A DNA stretch of 64,000 nucleotides from an uncultured Bacteroidales bacterium (GCA_963756885.1 CAVWPG010000004.1:443234-507233); one strand, 5' to 3'. Shown: positions 44,389 through 53,808, counted from the stretch's first letter. Notes: a model not told the origin generated them from the sequence alone. A program made the numbers and translations.

Positions 44389-46755
44389 GTACAGCACCGA
44401 CTGATCATCCTCTGACTTCGGACACGGATCACTGGTGGACGTAACCCCGGGCTGAAGCCCGGGGTTGGGAGGTGTCTCACGCACATCTGCCGGATACCGT
44501 AGACAGATCCGTATCGGTGATCTGCCGGATCCCGGAGATAAGGTCCCCGAGGCTACTGCCTTACCTGACACCGGGCTGTAACATGAGCCTGGGCCGGTTG
44601 CCGCCCTCCTCATGACTGTGATACAGGATGACCACAGGTCAGGGTGCCCCGGCATGCAGTATAGATCTCATATCCGACACCGGACGATCGTGGACCAGAG
44701 TGCACAGACCTGCCGGATGTGGCTCCGTACAGCACCGACTGATCATCCTCTGACTCCGGACACGGATCACTGGTGGACGTAACCCCGGGCTGAAGCCCGG
44801 GGTTGGGAGGTGTCTCTCGCACGTCTGCCGGATACCGTAGACAGATCCGTATCGGTGATCTGCCGGATCCCGGAGATAAGGTCCCCGAGGCTACTGCCTT
44901 ACCTGACACCTGGCTGTAACGTAAGTCTGGCCCGGTTGCCGCCCTCCTCATGACTGTGATACAGGATGACCACAGGTCAGGGTGCCCCGGCATGCAGTAC
45001 AGATCTCATATCCGACACCGGACGATCGTGGACCAGAGTGCACAGAGCTGCCGGATGTGGCTCCGTACAGCACCGACTGATCATCCTCTGACTCCGGACA
45101 CGGATCACTGGTGGACGTAACCCCGGGCTGAAGCCCGGGGTTGGGAGGTGTCTCACGCACGTCTGCCGGATACCGTAGGCAGATCCGTATCGGTGATCTG
45201 CCGGATCCCGGAGATAAGGTCCCCGAGGCTACTGCCTTACCTGACACCGGGCTGTAACATGAGCCTGGGCCGGTTGCCGCCCTCCTCATGACTGTGATAC
45301 AGGATGACCGCAGGTCAGGGTGCCCCGGCATGCAGTATAGATCTCATATCCGACACCGGACGATCGTGGACCAGAGTGCACAGACCTGCCGGATGTGGCT
45401 CCGTACAGCACCGACTGATCATCCTCTGACTCCGGACACGGATCACTGGTGGACGTAACCCCGGGCTGAAGCCCGGGGTTGGGAGGTGTCTCACGCACAT
45501 CTGCCGGATACCGTAGGCAGATCCGTATCGGTGATCTGCCGGATCCCGGAGATAAGGTCCCCGAGGCTACTGCCTTACCTGACACCGGGCTGTAACGTGA
45601 GTCTGGCCCGGTTGCCGCCCTCCTCATGACTGTGATACAGGATGACCACAGGTCAGGGTGCCCCGGCATGCAGTACAGATCTCATATCCGACACCGGACG
45701 ATCGTGGACCAGAGTGCACAGAGCTGCCGGATGTGGCTCCGTACGGCACCGACTGAGCATCCTCTGACTCCGGACACGGATCACTGGTGGACGTAACCCC
45801 GGGCTGAAGCCCGGGGTTGGGAGGTGTCTCACGCACGTCTGCCGGATACCGTAGACAGATCCGTATCGGTGACCTGCCGGATCCCGGAGATAAGGTCCCC
45901 GAGGCTACTGCCTTACCTGACACCTGGCTGTAACGTAAGTCTGGGCCGGTTGCCGCCCTCCTCATGACTGTGATACAGGATGACCACTGGTCAGGGTGCC
46001 CCGGCATGCACTATAGATCTCATATCCGACACCGGACGATCGTGGACCAGAGTGCACAGAGCTGCCGGATGTGGCTCCGTACAGCACCGACTGATCATCC
46101 TCTGACTCCGGACACAGATCACTGGTGGACGTAACCCCGGGCTGAAGCCCGGGGTTGGGAGGTGTCTCACGCACATCTGCCGGATACCGTAGGCAGATCC
46201 GTATCGGTGATCTGCCGGATCCCGGAGATAAGGTCCCCGAGGCTACTGCCTTACCTGACACCTGGCTGTAACGTGAGTCTGGGCCCGGTTGCCGCCCTCC
46301 TCATGACTGTGACACAGGATGACCGCAGGTCAGGGTGCCCCGGCATGCACTATAGATCTCATATCCGACACCGGACGATCGTGGACCAGAGTGCACAGAC
46401 CTGCCGGATGTGGCTCCGTACAGCACCGACTGATCATCCTCTGACTCCGGACACGGATCACCGGTGGACGTAACCCCGGGCTGAAGCCCGGGGTTGGGAG
46501 GTGTCTCACGCACATCTGCCGGATACCGTAGACAGATCCGTATCGGTGATCTGCCGGATCCCGGAGATAAGGTCCCCGAGGCTACTGCCTTACCTGACAC
46601 CTGGCTGTAACATGAGTCTGGGCCGGTTGCCGCCCTCCTCATGACTGTGATACAGGATGACCACAGGTCAGGGTGCCCCGGCATGCAGTACAGATCTCAT
46701 ATCCGACACCGGACGATCGTGGACCAGAGTGCACAGAGCTGCCGGATGTGGCTCC
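44389..46755. repeat. Tandem array of seven 338-bp units (unit 6 = 339 bp), each with one REP hairpin
   Basis: Unit starts (GTAC(A/G)GCACCGA) at 44389, 44727, 45065, 45403, 45741, 46079, 46418; invariant AACCCCGGGCTGAAGCCCGGGGTT in each. Confidence 0.96.
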
Positions 46756-46758
46756 GTA

Positions 46759-46815
46759 CAACACCGGGCTTCAGCCCGGTGTTGACCATCCCCGTACATG
46801 CCGGGCTTCAGCCCG
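46759..46815. repeat. Two REP hairpins at the 3' flank of tnpA (GGGCTTCAGCCC orientation)
   Basis: CAACACCGGGCTTCAGCCCGGTGTTG and CCGGGCTTCAGCCCG; the second overlaps the tnpA stop codon. Confidence 0.85.
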
Positions 46816-47242
46816 TAAACTTTTCAAATCCATATTTGATGATAAGCTCCTCCGCCTCTTCATCCCAGGATTTAATACTATGATGGGATTCCTGATTCCA
46901 GATATATCTCCGTACCCTCGGAACATGTGATTCACTGACCGATACAGCATAGTATTCTACTGCCCATTTGAATTTTCGGCTTGTAATTTGATTTTTATTC
47001 ATCCAAAAGGATGATTCGCCCTTAATCAGCCTGATGTCATTGGATAAGGCATGATCGGGGTGAAGTAAAATAAGACAGTGCAGGTGTTGTAAATGGCCGT
47101 CTATTACGTCAATGTGGATCCCCTTTGATTTTGCATTTTCGCGTATGTGATCCAGAATGACTTTTTTTGTTTCTTTTGTCAGGAAGGGGACTCTTGATTT
47201 TGTTCCCCATACGCAGTGAAGCCAGTTTTTTACGTAAGCCAT
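46808..47242 (-). CDS. tnpA: Y1 HUH transposase (IS200/IS605 TnpA / RAYT-like)
   Basis: HCVWGTK, HLH (HUH), IKGESS, YAVSVS, catalytic YIWNQ..HH; no tnpB. Confidence 0.9.
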   Translation of the reverse strand: MAYVKNWLHCVWGTKSRVPFLTKETKKVILDHIRENAKSKGIHIDVIDGHLQHLHCLILLHPDHALSNDIRLIKGESSFWMNKNQITSRKFKWAVEYYAVSVSESHVPRVRRYIWNQESHHSIKSWDEEAEELIIKYGFEKFTG

Positions 47243-47255
47243 AATGCTGAAGTTA

Positions 47256-47313
47256 TAGGCTGAAGCCCTGTTAATGATGTTGGTCGGTATCCCCTGGCTG
47301 AAGCCCGGAGTTG
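47256..47313. repeat. Two REP copies at the 5' flank of tnpA (GGCTGAAGCCC orientation)
   Basis: TAGGCTGAAGCCCTG and GTATCCCCTGGCTGAAGCCCGGAGTTG (24/27 identical to the array REP). Confidence 0.8.
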
Positions 47314-47510
47314 ATGATCCTCTCCAGACCCGACTTAAGCGCGTTATCGTTAGGCATTACTTCATGGTTAATACATCATCTGATTATTGATCTTGAGTAG
47401 CCAGAACTTTATTAGTTTTCGTTATATCCCACTAGCTAAATATAGATATCTTGCCTATATTTTGTTTTTTATTAACACAAAATTCCTTTAAGCCATCATT
47501 CGAGGAAATT

Positions 47511-48269
47511 TCAGTTACTTTCTGTAAGCCATTTAGGTAATTCAGAGGTATAATTTCTGGAAGCTAATCTTTGTTTAACCATGTCTTTAAAAGATTGAAA
47601 TGGAATTTCCTTCGAATTTGCCATATCATCAGTAATTTGTCCTTTTTCGATAATTAATATGCGTTCGCAAAGATTATAGATAAGGTCCAAATTATGGGAT
47701 GTTACAAATAATGTTTTTTTACCCTTAAATGATATGAGCAAATTCAATATTTTGTCTAATGATTTAATATCAAGATGAATGAATGGTTCATCTAATATTA
47801 CTAGTTCAGGATTATGAATGAGCGATGCAGCAAGAGATATTTTTATTCTGTCACCAGAAGAATAATTTATGATTTTCTTTTTATCCAGATTATTTATCTC
47901 AAATAAATTAAGTATTTCCTTTATTCTCAATATTGATTCGGCTAGAGCAATTCCTTGAAACTTACAGATAAAATTTAAATATTCGAAGGGAGTAAATTCA
48001 TTTATAAGTATTGGTTCACTTAGAAATGCGCCAATTCTTGATCTGTAAGATACATAATTAGGTGTTATTTTTCGGTCAAAAATTATTATACTCCCATTAT
48101 TGTAAGGTACTATATTACATAACGTTTTAACAATGGTAGTCTTGCCGCTTCCATTATTTCCGACAAGGGCTACAAACTCTCCTGAGTTGACTGAAAAAGT
48201 CAAATCATTCAAGGCTGCTATCTTACCATACGATTTTCTTACTTCTTTAAATTCAAATATCATCACCAT
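47511..48269 (-). CDS. ABC ATP-binding protein (putative bacteriocin immunity/export)
   Basis: GNNGSGKT, YSSG signature, DEPF, TSH; very AT-rich. Confidence 0.85.
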   Translation of the reverse strand: MVMIFEFKEVRKSYGKIAALNDLTFSVNSGEFVALVGNNGSGKTTIVKTLCNIVPYNNGSIIIFDRKITPNYVSYRSRIGAFLSEPILINEFTPFEYLNFICKFQGIALAESILRIKEILNLFEINNLDKKKIINYSSGDRIKISLAASLIHNPELVILDEPFIHLDIKSLDKILNLLISFKGKKTLFVTSHNLDLIYNLCERILIIEKGQITDDMANSKEIPFQSFKDMVKQRLASRNYTSELPKWLTESN

Positions 48270-48280
48270 TATAGTTCTAT

Positions 48281-48838
48281 CTAGGTTAGTCTATCGATGG
48301 ATCTATATTTTAACAAACTGAGCGATACTAATAATAACGTGATATTATAGGCAACGACTACTGGTTTTTTTGTGAAAAGTATAATTGCAATTTGAGAAAT
48401 CAGTAAAAAAATTGATATGCCAATTTTAACGCTCTGTTTTAATGACCATGATCCAATTCTAAAACCAATGAAAACCAGGATCAATAGGTTTAGGATAAAG
48501 AAGTTTGATAGATCAATGTGGGAAAAACCAAAAAGTAAGGTTAAATGCAAAATTAGAAAAACATATAGAAATAAAATTCTACTAATTAAGATAATAATGC
48601 ACTCGACATTGTAGAAATTTAAAAAATCTATCAATTCGTTACTTTTAAGACTTCTATTTAGAATTACAAGTTGCAACAAATTCAAGGCAAAAATATTCAA
48701 CAATACAAATTGTTTATAACTGGCATTATAATTATAACAATACAAACCCGAACTAATTATTAAAATGGTAATTGGTCCTTTAGAATCCACCCAGGAAAAG
48801 TGAATCATTAACCTTATCGTATTTAATAAAGATCCCAT
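48281..48838 (-). CDS. Polytopic membrane protein (putative ABC permease/immunity)
   Basis: About 6 TM helices, AT-rich, overlaps the upstream gene. Confidence 0.65.
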   Translation of the reverse strand: MGSLLNTIRLMIHFSWVDSKGPITILIISSGLYCYNYNASYKQFVLLNIFALNLLQLVILNRSLKSNELIDFLNFYNVECIIILISRILFLYVFLILHLTLLFGFSHIDLSNFFILNLLILVFIGFRIGSWSLKQSVKIGISIFLLISQIAIILFTKKPVVVAYNITLLLVSLSLLKYRSIDRLT

Positions 48839-49506
48839 ACCTCAAATTTTATCCTTGCGATATTAATAAGGAAAATAATTAACGAAATACTCAACAATGA
48901 CCCTAAAATTCCAAATTGGATCCCCATCAAATAGGCTATAAATCCATTTGAAACAGGATTAATATAAAGTATTATTTTAAAAAATTGGCTCCTATCAGAT
49001 ATAACAACAATTAGTATCATTAATGAGATATAGGTCGAAATCACATTCTTTAAATCGGAGGTGATCTTTTTACTTTTAATAAAGTTTTTTAATATAAAAA
49101 ATATGATAATTTGATAAACCACTTGAATCAGATACAGTATTATAAGAATAAATAATTCATAATAGCTATTCTGGTTCAGAAGATAAAAGCTAGATATGAA
49201 AAAAAGAATTGAAAGAATAAAAACTCCAAACTCCCATCTTAAAAAGTAGTGCTTTAATTCTAATAATAAGATTTGAAATCTTGTTAAAGGAAAAGTACAG
49301 AAGTAGTAATGAATTTTGCCACTATCCTGGGAGCAATTGATTTCAAAATAGACAAAATCAATGGCTATGAATAAATTAAACAAGTGAATGAAATAATAAA
49401 GATCAAGTGTCCATTTATCATATTTAACTAACAATAATGAGTATAATAATATTATTATAGATATTATAATCAGCAGTATTTTTGATATGAATAATTTGGT
49501 TGACAT
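48823..49506 (-). CDS. Polytopic membrane protein (putative ABC-2 permease/immunity)
   Basis: About 6 TM helices, FPLTRFQIL..ELK loop and INP motif as in ABC-2 permeases. Confidence 0.7.
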   Translation of the reverse strand: MSTKLFISKILLIIISIIILLYSLLLVKYDKWTLDLYYFIHLFNLFIAIDFVYFEINCSQDSGKIHYYFCTFPLTRFQILLLELKHYFLRWEFGVFILSILFFISSFYLLNQNSYYELFILIILYLIQVVYQIIIFFILKNFIKSKKITSDLKNVISTYISLMILIVVISDRSQFFKIILYINPVSNGFIAYLMGIQFGILGSLLSISLIIFLINIARIKFEVWDLY

Positions 49507-49530
49507 TTGAATATTCTAATGCTATTTTAA

Positions 49531-49558
49531 CTCCCCAATTATCAAATTAATTGGGGAG
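49531..49558 (-). terminator. Hairpin between the precursor and immunity genes (attenuator or stabiliser)
   Basis: CTCCCCAATT-N8-AATTGGGGAG; no clear U-tract on minus. Confidence 0.5.
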
Positions 49559-49593
49559 ATTTGTTAATCAGAATGCCTCATTGCTAATTACTC

Positions 49594-49776
49594 TTAACAA
49601 TTATCAATTACACCCCATATTGACCCTCCCATTCCAACAAGTCCAATAACAATTGAGGCTCCTCCTGTTGCTAAAGCAGCACCAATAAAAGCTGCAGCGT
49701 AGAAACCCAAAGCTGCACCACAAGACATCTTACCGCCTTCGATGTTTTCCATTTGATCCAAATCTAATTTTTTCAT
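49594..49776 (-). CDS. Double-glycine leader bacteriocin-like precursor
   Basis: Leader MKKLDLDQMENIEGG; 45-aa hydrophobic Gly/Ala-rich core with two Cys; next to a C39 transporter. Confidence 0.88.
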   Translation of the reverse strand: MKKLDLDQMENIEGGKMSCGAALGFYAAAFIGAALATGGASIVIGLVGMGGSIWGVIDNC

Positions 49777-49902
49777 AGCGAGACATTTTTCTTTTGCCTA
49801 CTCTGTTTGGGCTTTTCGGCTTCCGCCTGCCATACAATTTTTTATGAATGGTATATCAAATTAAAATCATAAGAGTCCATCAATACCGGACTTGTCAAAA
49901 AT

Positions 49903-52087
49903 TCAATTGTAATCTTCCCAGAAGCGCTTGTAAAGATTGTCAGAAGCAATCAGTTCACTATGTGTGCCATGAGCCGCTATTTTATGGTTCTCAAGGATAT
50001 AGATACAGTCGCTCAGGCTCCTCACAAGATTCATCCTGTGAGAGATAAACAGTATCCCCATCTCTGCCTTCAAACGTGATAAAAGATTAAGAATGACAGT
50101 ATTCGCTCCCTCTGTCCATAAAGGAGGTGCCCTCATCTATTATAAGCATGCGGGGCTTGCTGACCAGGGCTCTTACAAAAGCCAGCAATTGCTTCTCTCC
50201 GCCCGAGAGATTAATGCCTTCCTCCCCTACCAGCGTGAATAACCCGGCCGGAAATTTATTGAAAAACACATCCAATCCATATTCTGAAACAACAGATACC
50301 ATCTCATTGATTTTTGTTTCAGTCAGATCTGACAACAGATTTTGCAGAATTGTCCCATTAAATATATGAATTTCCTGCGGTATAATCCCAATCTCTGAAC
50401 GCCATTTTTTTAAACCCACGGAATTTGATAACCTGTTGCCATCTGCAATAATATCACCTGATTCTGAATTATAAAACCTGAGAATGATATTTGCGAGGGT
50501 ACTCTTCCCGCAACCGCTTTCCCCTATAACGGAGATCAGCTTCCCCTTCTCAAGGGTTAGGCTGATATTGTCAAGCAATAATCTTCTTCCAGGAAACCTG
50601 AATGATATATCTTTCAGCTCCAATATACTTATATCAAATGGCGCTTCTTCATCACCGGCCTTATCACCGGTCTTACCCTCCTCCGGTTCAATCTGAGTGA
50701 ATTCAAACATCCTGTCGAGAGCTACCTTTGCCTCACTCAGGGGTATGCCTATGAGAGCCAGATTAAGGACAGACGGCACGAGGGTTGAACTCAGGGAAAG
50801 TATTGCCATCAATTCTCCCTGTGTAAGGCTTGACTTCATTACACAAAATGAGGCATAGATAAGTACAATTATCAGGTATGTAGTCCCCGCGATTCCAGCA
50901 AGCAGATTAAGCTTTACCTTGATCTTCCCCAGTAAAAATGCCCTCTCCTGAAATTCACCATAGATCCTGTTGTTTCCATTGAAAAAGGATTCCTGCCAGT
51001 TAAGGCTCTTAATCTCCCGGATGCCCTGCAGGGTGCTTATGAAATTACTTTCACTCGCTGCATATCCTGCCATCAGATTATGCTGCGCCGCTATAAATCT
51101 TGATTCCCATTTCCTCACAATCATGTAAAGCACAGGAAGACAAACAAGCGACAATATCCCCGACACCGGGGAATAATAAAAAATCATAGTGATCGTAAGA
51201 AGCAGGATCAGGACATCGATCGAATATATTCCAGCCATATCCGAAATTATCTTCTGAACACGCATCGTATCATTCAGGCGTGCCACAAGATCACCTGTTC
51301 TCCTTGTATCGAAAAACGTTTGCGGCAGAAACAACAATGAATAATAAAAATCATCAACTATTCTTATATTGAAATGCTTCCCCTGTGTCAGCAGCAATAA
51401 TTGCCGCAAGGCAGAAATAATTACCCTTGAAGAGAGCAGGAAAAATACGAGGATTGAGATAACTATCAGAAGCTTAAAATCCCCTGACGGAAGGATCCTG
51501 TCAACCAGCTTCTGAGTAAAAACGGCCATTACAAGACCTAATACTGAAATAACCACCCCTGTTGCCACACTTATTAGCAAAAGATCTTTTTCCGGTATGA
51601 CCGCTTTTAGCAACCAGCTGCGCTTGTTCCTTCTGCTCTCCTTTTCAGGCTTAAATGAACCGCCCGGTACGAGTGCGAGACATTTCCTGCTGTTCCAGAT
51701 CTTATCAAGCTCATCTGCCGGCATAAGGGTAAGTCCGACAGCAGGATCCCACAAAATGAATCTGCCTTCCTCAAAGCCAAAGCTTACCATAAAATGTTCC
51801 AGGTTTTCCTCTTTGACAACATGCAGGATGAGAACATGCTCAAATTCAATGATATCCTTTATTGTGGCCTCATAACCTGAGCTTTCGAGACCGTAGTCAT
51901 TCGCCGCCTGATAAAGGCCGAGCATCGTTGTACCCGTTTGTGTCGTGCCGCTCAGCTTCCTGACCTTATCGATTGTTGCATGCCCTCCATAGTATTTTAT
52001 TGCCGAAACCAGGCATGCAGCACCACAATCTGTTGAATCATGCTGCAATACTGAACATCTCCTGACAGCCTTTATCTTATTCATCAT
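49903..52087 (-). CDS. Peptidase C39-containing ABC transporter, frameshift near 50105
   Basis: QHDSTDCGAACL, HF, DPA; GESGCGKST, LSGGEKQ; the C-terminus (ISHR..) continues in ORF 49903-50136. Confidence 0.9.
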
Positions 52088-52595
52088 TCTTGAGATATTT
52101 ACAAAGCGTCTCTGTCTTTACCTCCCCGAAAAAGACCTTCACAAGCTTTAATTCCCTGTTGTATATATAATTGGACGGAACTATATCATTGCCAAAAATG
52201 CCGGCAAAAGAATCACTCGTATCTGCAAGAGCCATTATATCCGGGTTATCAATCTGAAACGGCCCGAGGAATTTTCTTATCGAATCGGGATGAACGCCCG
52301 AAATCAGCAGGACTTTTGAATGAGCCGGCAGCATCTTGTTTCCGAGTATCCCGGAAATCTCATAGCGGCAATGCTCACATTCAGGATGAAACCTTACCAC
52401 AAGGACCGGACCGGTCTTTATATCAGAAGAATTAAAGGGCTCACCGGAAAGCTTCATGAACGAAAATGAGGGAAACGATCCGATTTGTTTCCGCAGATCA
52501 TTCTCCTTCACGATCTTGCCGGCAACAGATGTAATGAGGTAAATAAGTGAAAACCCGAATACTGCTATGATGATTACCTTAACAGCTTTTCTCAT
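52077..52595 (-). CDS. Membrane-anchored thioredoxin-fold (redoxin) protein
   Basis: N-terminal TM, FHPECEHC (CxxC), VPSNYIY cis-Pro motif; ATGA-coupled. Confidence 0.85.
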   Translation of the reverse strand: MRKAVKVIIIAVFGFSLIYLITSVAGKIVKENDLRKQIGSFPSFSFMKLSGEPFNSSDIKTGPVLVVRFHPECEHCRYEISGILGNKMLPAHSKVLLISGVHPDSIRKFLGPFQIDNPDIMALADTSDSFAGIFGNDIVPSNYIYNRELKLVKVFFGEVKTETLCKYLKNDE

Positions 52596-53254
52596 GATGA
52601 TGCATTTAATGTTATGAACATTGCTACTGTCAGCCATAATGCCAGCCCGGGCAGGTAGGAAGAGAGCACGATCCTCTCAGCATCGTGCCTCTCTATCCTG
52701 CATATGCTGCTGAGGCCGTAGGAGAGAAGAAGCAGATAACCCACATGAAAAAGGTTTACAGACTGCATAGGCAAAATCCATACCTGCCTGAGCTCGCCAG
52801 TGCTGAAAAGATTGGTCAGCGACAGAGGGTAGAAAAAGCCTATATCATTAAGATCGTAGTTGCCTGCAAAAAAGTAGAACCAGAGGAATTTTACAGTCCC
52901 TGCAAGGAGGAATATTACGTCACTTGCAATCACAATTTTGAAAACTGACCCCATTGGGACCTTATACTGAAGGTCTCTTAAAATTATGCCTGTATAAACC
53001 AAAAGACTGACAAGGGAGAATTTAAGAATAAGCATTACAGGTATGAAAATATAGCTTAGCCAGCCGATGCTCTGAAAATCATTAAAAAGCTGAACAGCTC
53101 TTTCATATGTAAGCTGCTCGCTGTAGGCATTATAGAAGACTATTTCGTTTATAAGTACCGATCTGGATAACCAGACCAGGATAAGGTTCCCCGTTATTAT
53201 TAAGATAAATAACTTAAACCGGGAGAGGCTATAAAATCTTGAAAGCCAGGCCAT
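52592..53254 (-). CDS. Conserved multi-TM membrane protein of the bacteriocin operon
   Basis: About 5 TM helices, FYPLSL and NLF motifs; start MAWLSRF. Confidence 0.75.
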   Translation of the reverse strand: MAWLSRFYSLSRFKLFILIITGNLILVWLSRSVLINEIVFYNAYSEQLTYERAVQLFNDFQSIGWLSYIFIPVMLILKFSLVSLLVYTGIILRDLQYKVPMGSVFKIVIASDVIFLLAGTVKFLWFYFFAGNYDLNDIGFFYPLSLTNLFSTGELRQVWILPMQSVNLFHVGYLLLLSYGLSSICRIERHDAERIVLSSYLPGLALWLTVAMFITLNASS

Positions 53255-53370
53255 AGTACCTATATTTAAATATATTTCACTTTTACGTATGACTCCTGCG
53301 GTGTTAATCAGGATCATCAAACAATCAAATCACTCCAGTTGCAACGGCACACTGAGCAACCGGTCCATCG

Positions 53371-53652
53371 TCAGCATTCAGTCTTGCCGGAATACTGAAC
53401 ATTTTCCGGATTCTTATGAATTATATTTTCGACCTTGATTTTTATACGCCTGCTATCGGCATAATAATATGATTGCCTGTTACAGGAGTATTTGATATCG
53501 ACTCCCATCTCCCTCATTTCCTGAAGCGACTGAAAGAGGGTGCTTCGCCGGAGTCCAAGCTTTTCGGCAAATTCCTCAGGTGTACCTGTCGACATCATTG
53601 ATATCAACAGATCCATCCTCTGTAATCTTTCGATATACTTCAGAAGTGACAT
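53371..53652 (-). CDS. Small HTH DNA-binding protein
   Basis: YIERLQRMD..TGTPEEFAEKLGL..L..MREMG..IKY...QSYYY. Confidence 0.85.
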   Translation of the reverse strand: MSLLKYIERLQRMDLLISMMSTGTPEEFAEKLGLRRSTLFQSLQEMREMGVDIKYSCNRQSYYYADSRRIKIKVENIIHKNPENVQYSGKTEC

Positions 53653-53808
53653 GAATACACAATTTCGAAATGCAGCTAACCAAATTTATGAAATATTTTA
53701 ATCCCGGTCCTAAAAATGAAGGAAAATTTATGGAGAAAACAGAAAAAATGTTGAAGAGGTTGAAGGGGTTGAAGGAGGTTGAAGAGGTTTATGACCAAAT
53801 TGTTTTGT

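Noticed and set aside
44389-46755. Array as CRISPR or integron cassette array
   Set aside because: Sequences between the hairpins are near-identical rather than unique spacers or cassettes; no cas or integrase gene
44389-46755. Variable sites as DGR template/variable repeats
   Set aside because: No reverse transcriptase in the window, and changes are not adenine-specific (G/T, G/C and C/T occur)
44218-46930. Repeated 127-aa ORFs (MPGHPD...) and other ORFs over the array
   Set aside because: Shadows of a GC-rich 338-bp repeat; the frame shifts every unit, composition is S/P/G/C-rich and there is no domain signal
46808-47340. IS605-type element with tnpB/omega RNA
   Set aside because: No TnpB/IscB ORF or remnant recognisable next to tnpA
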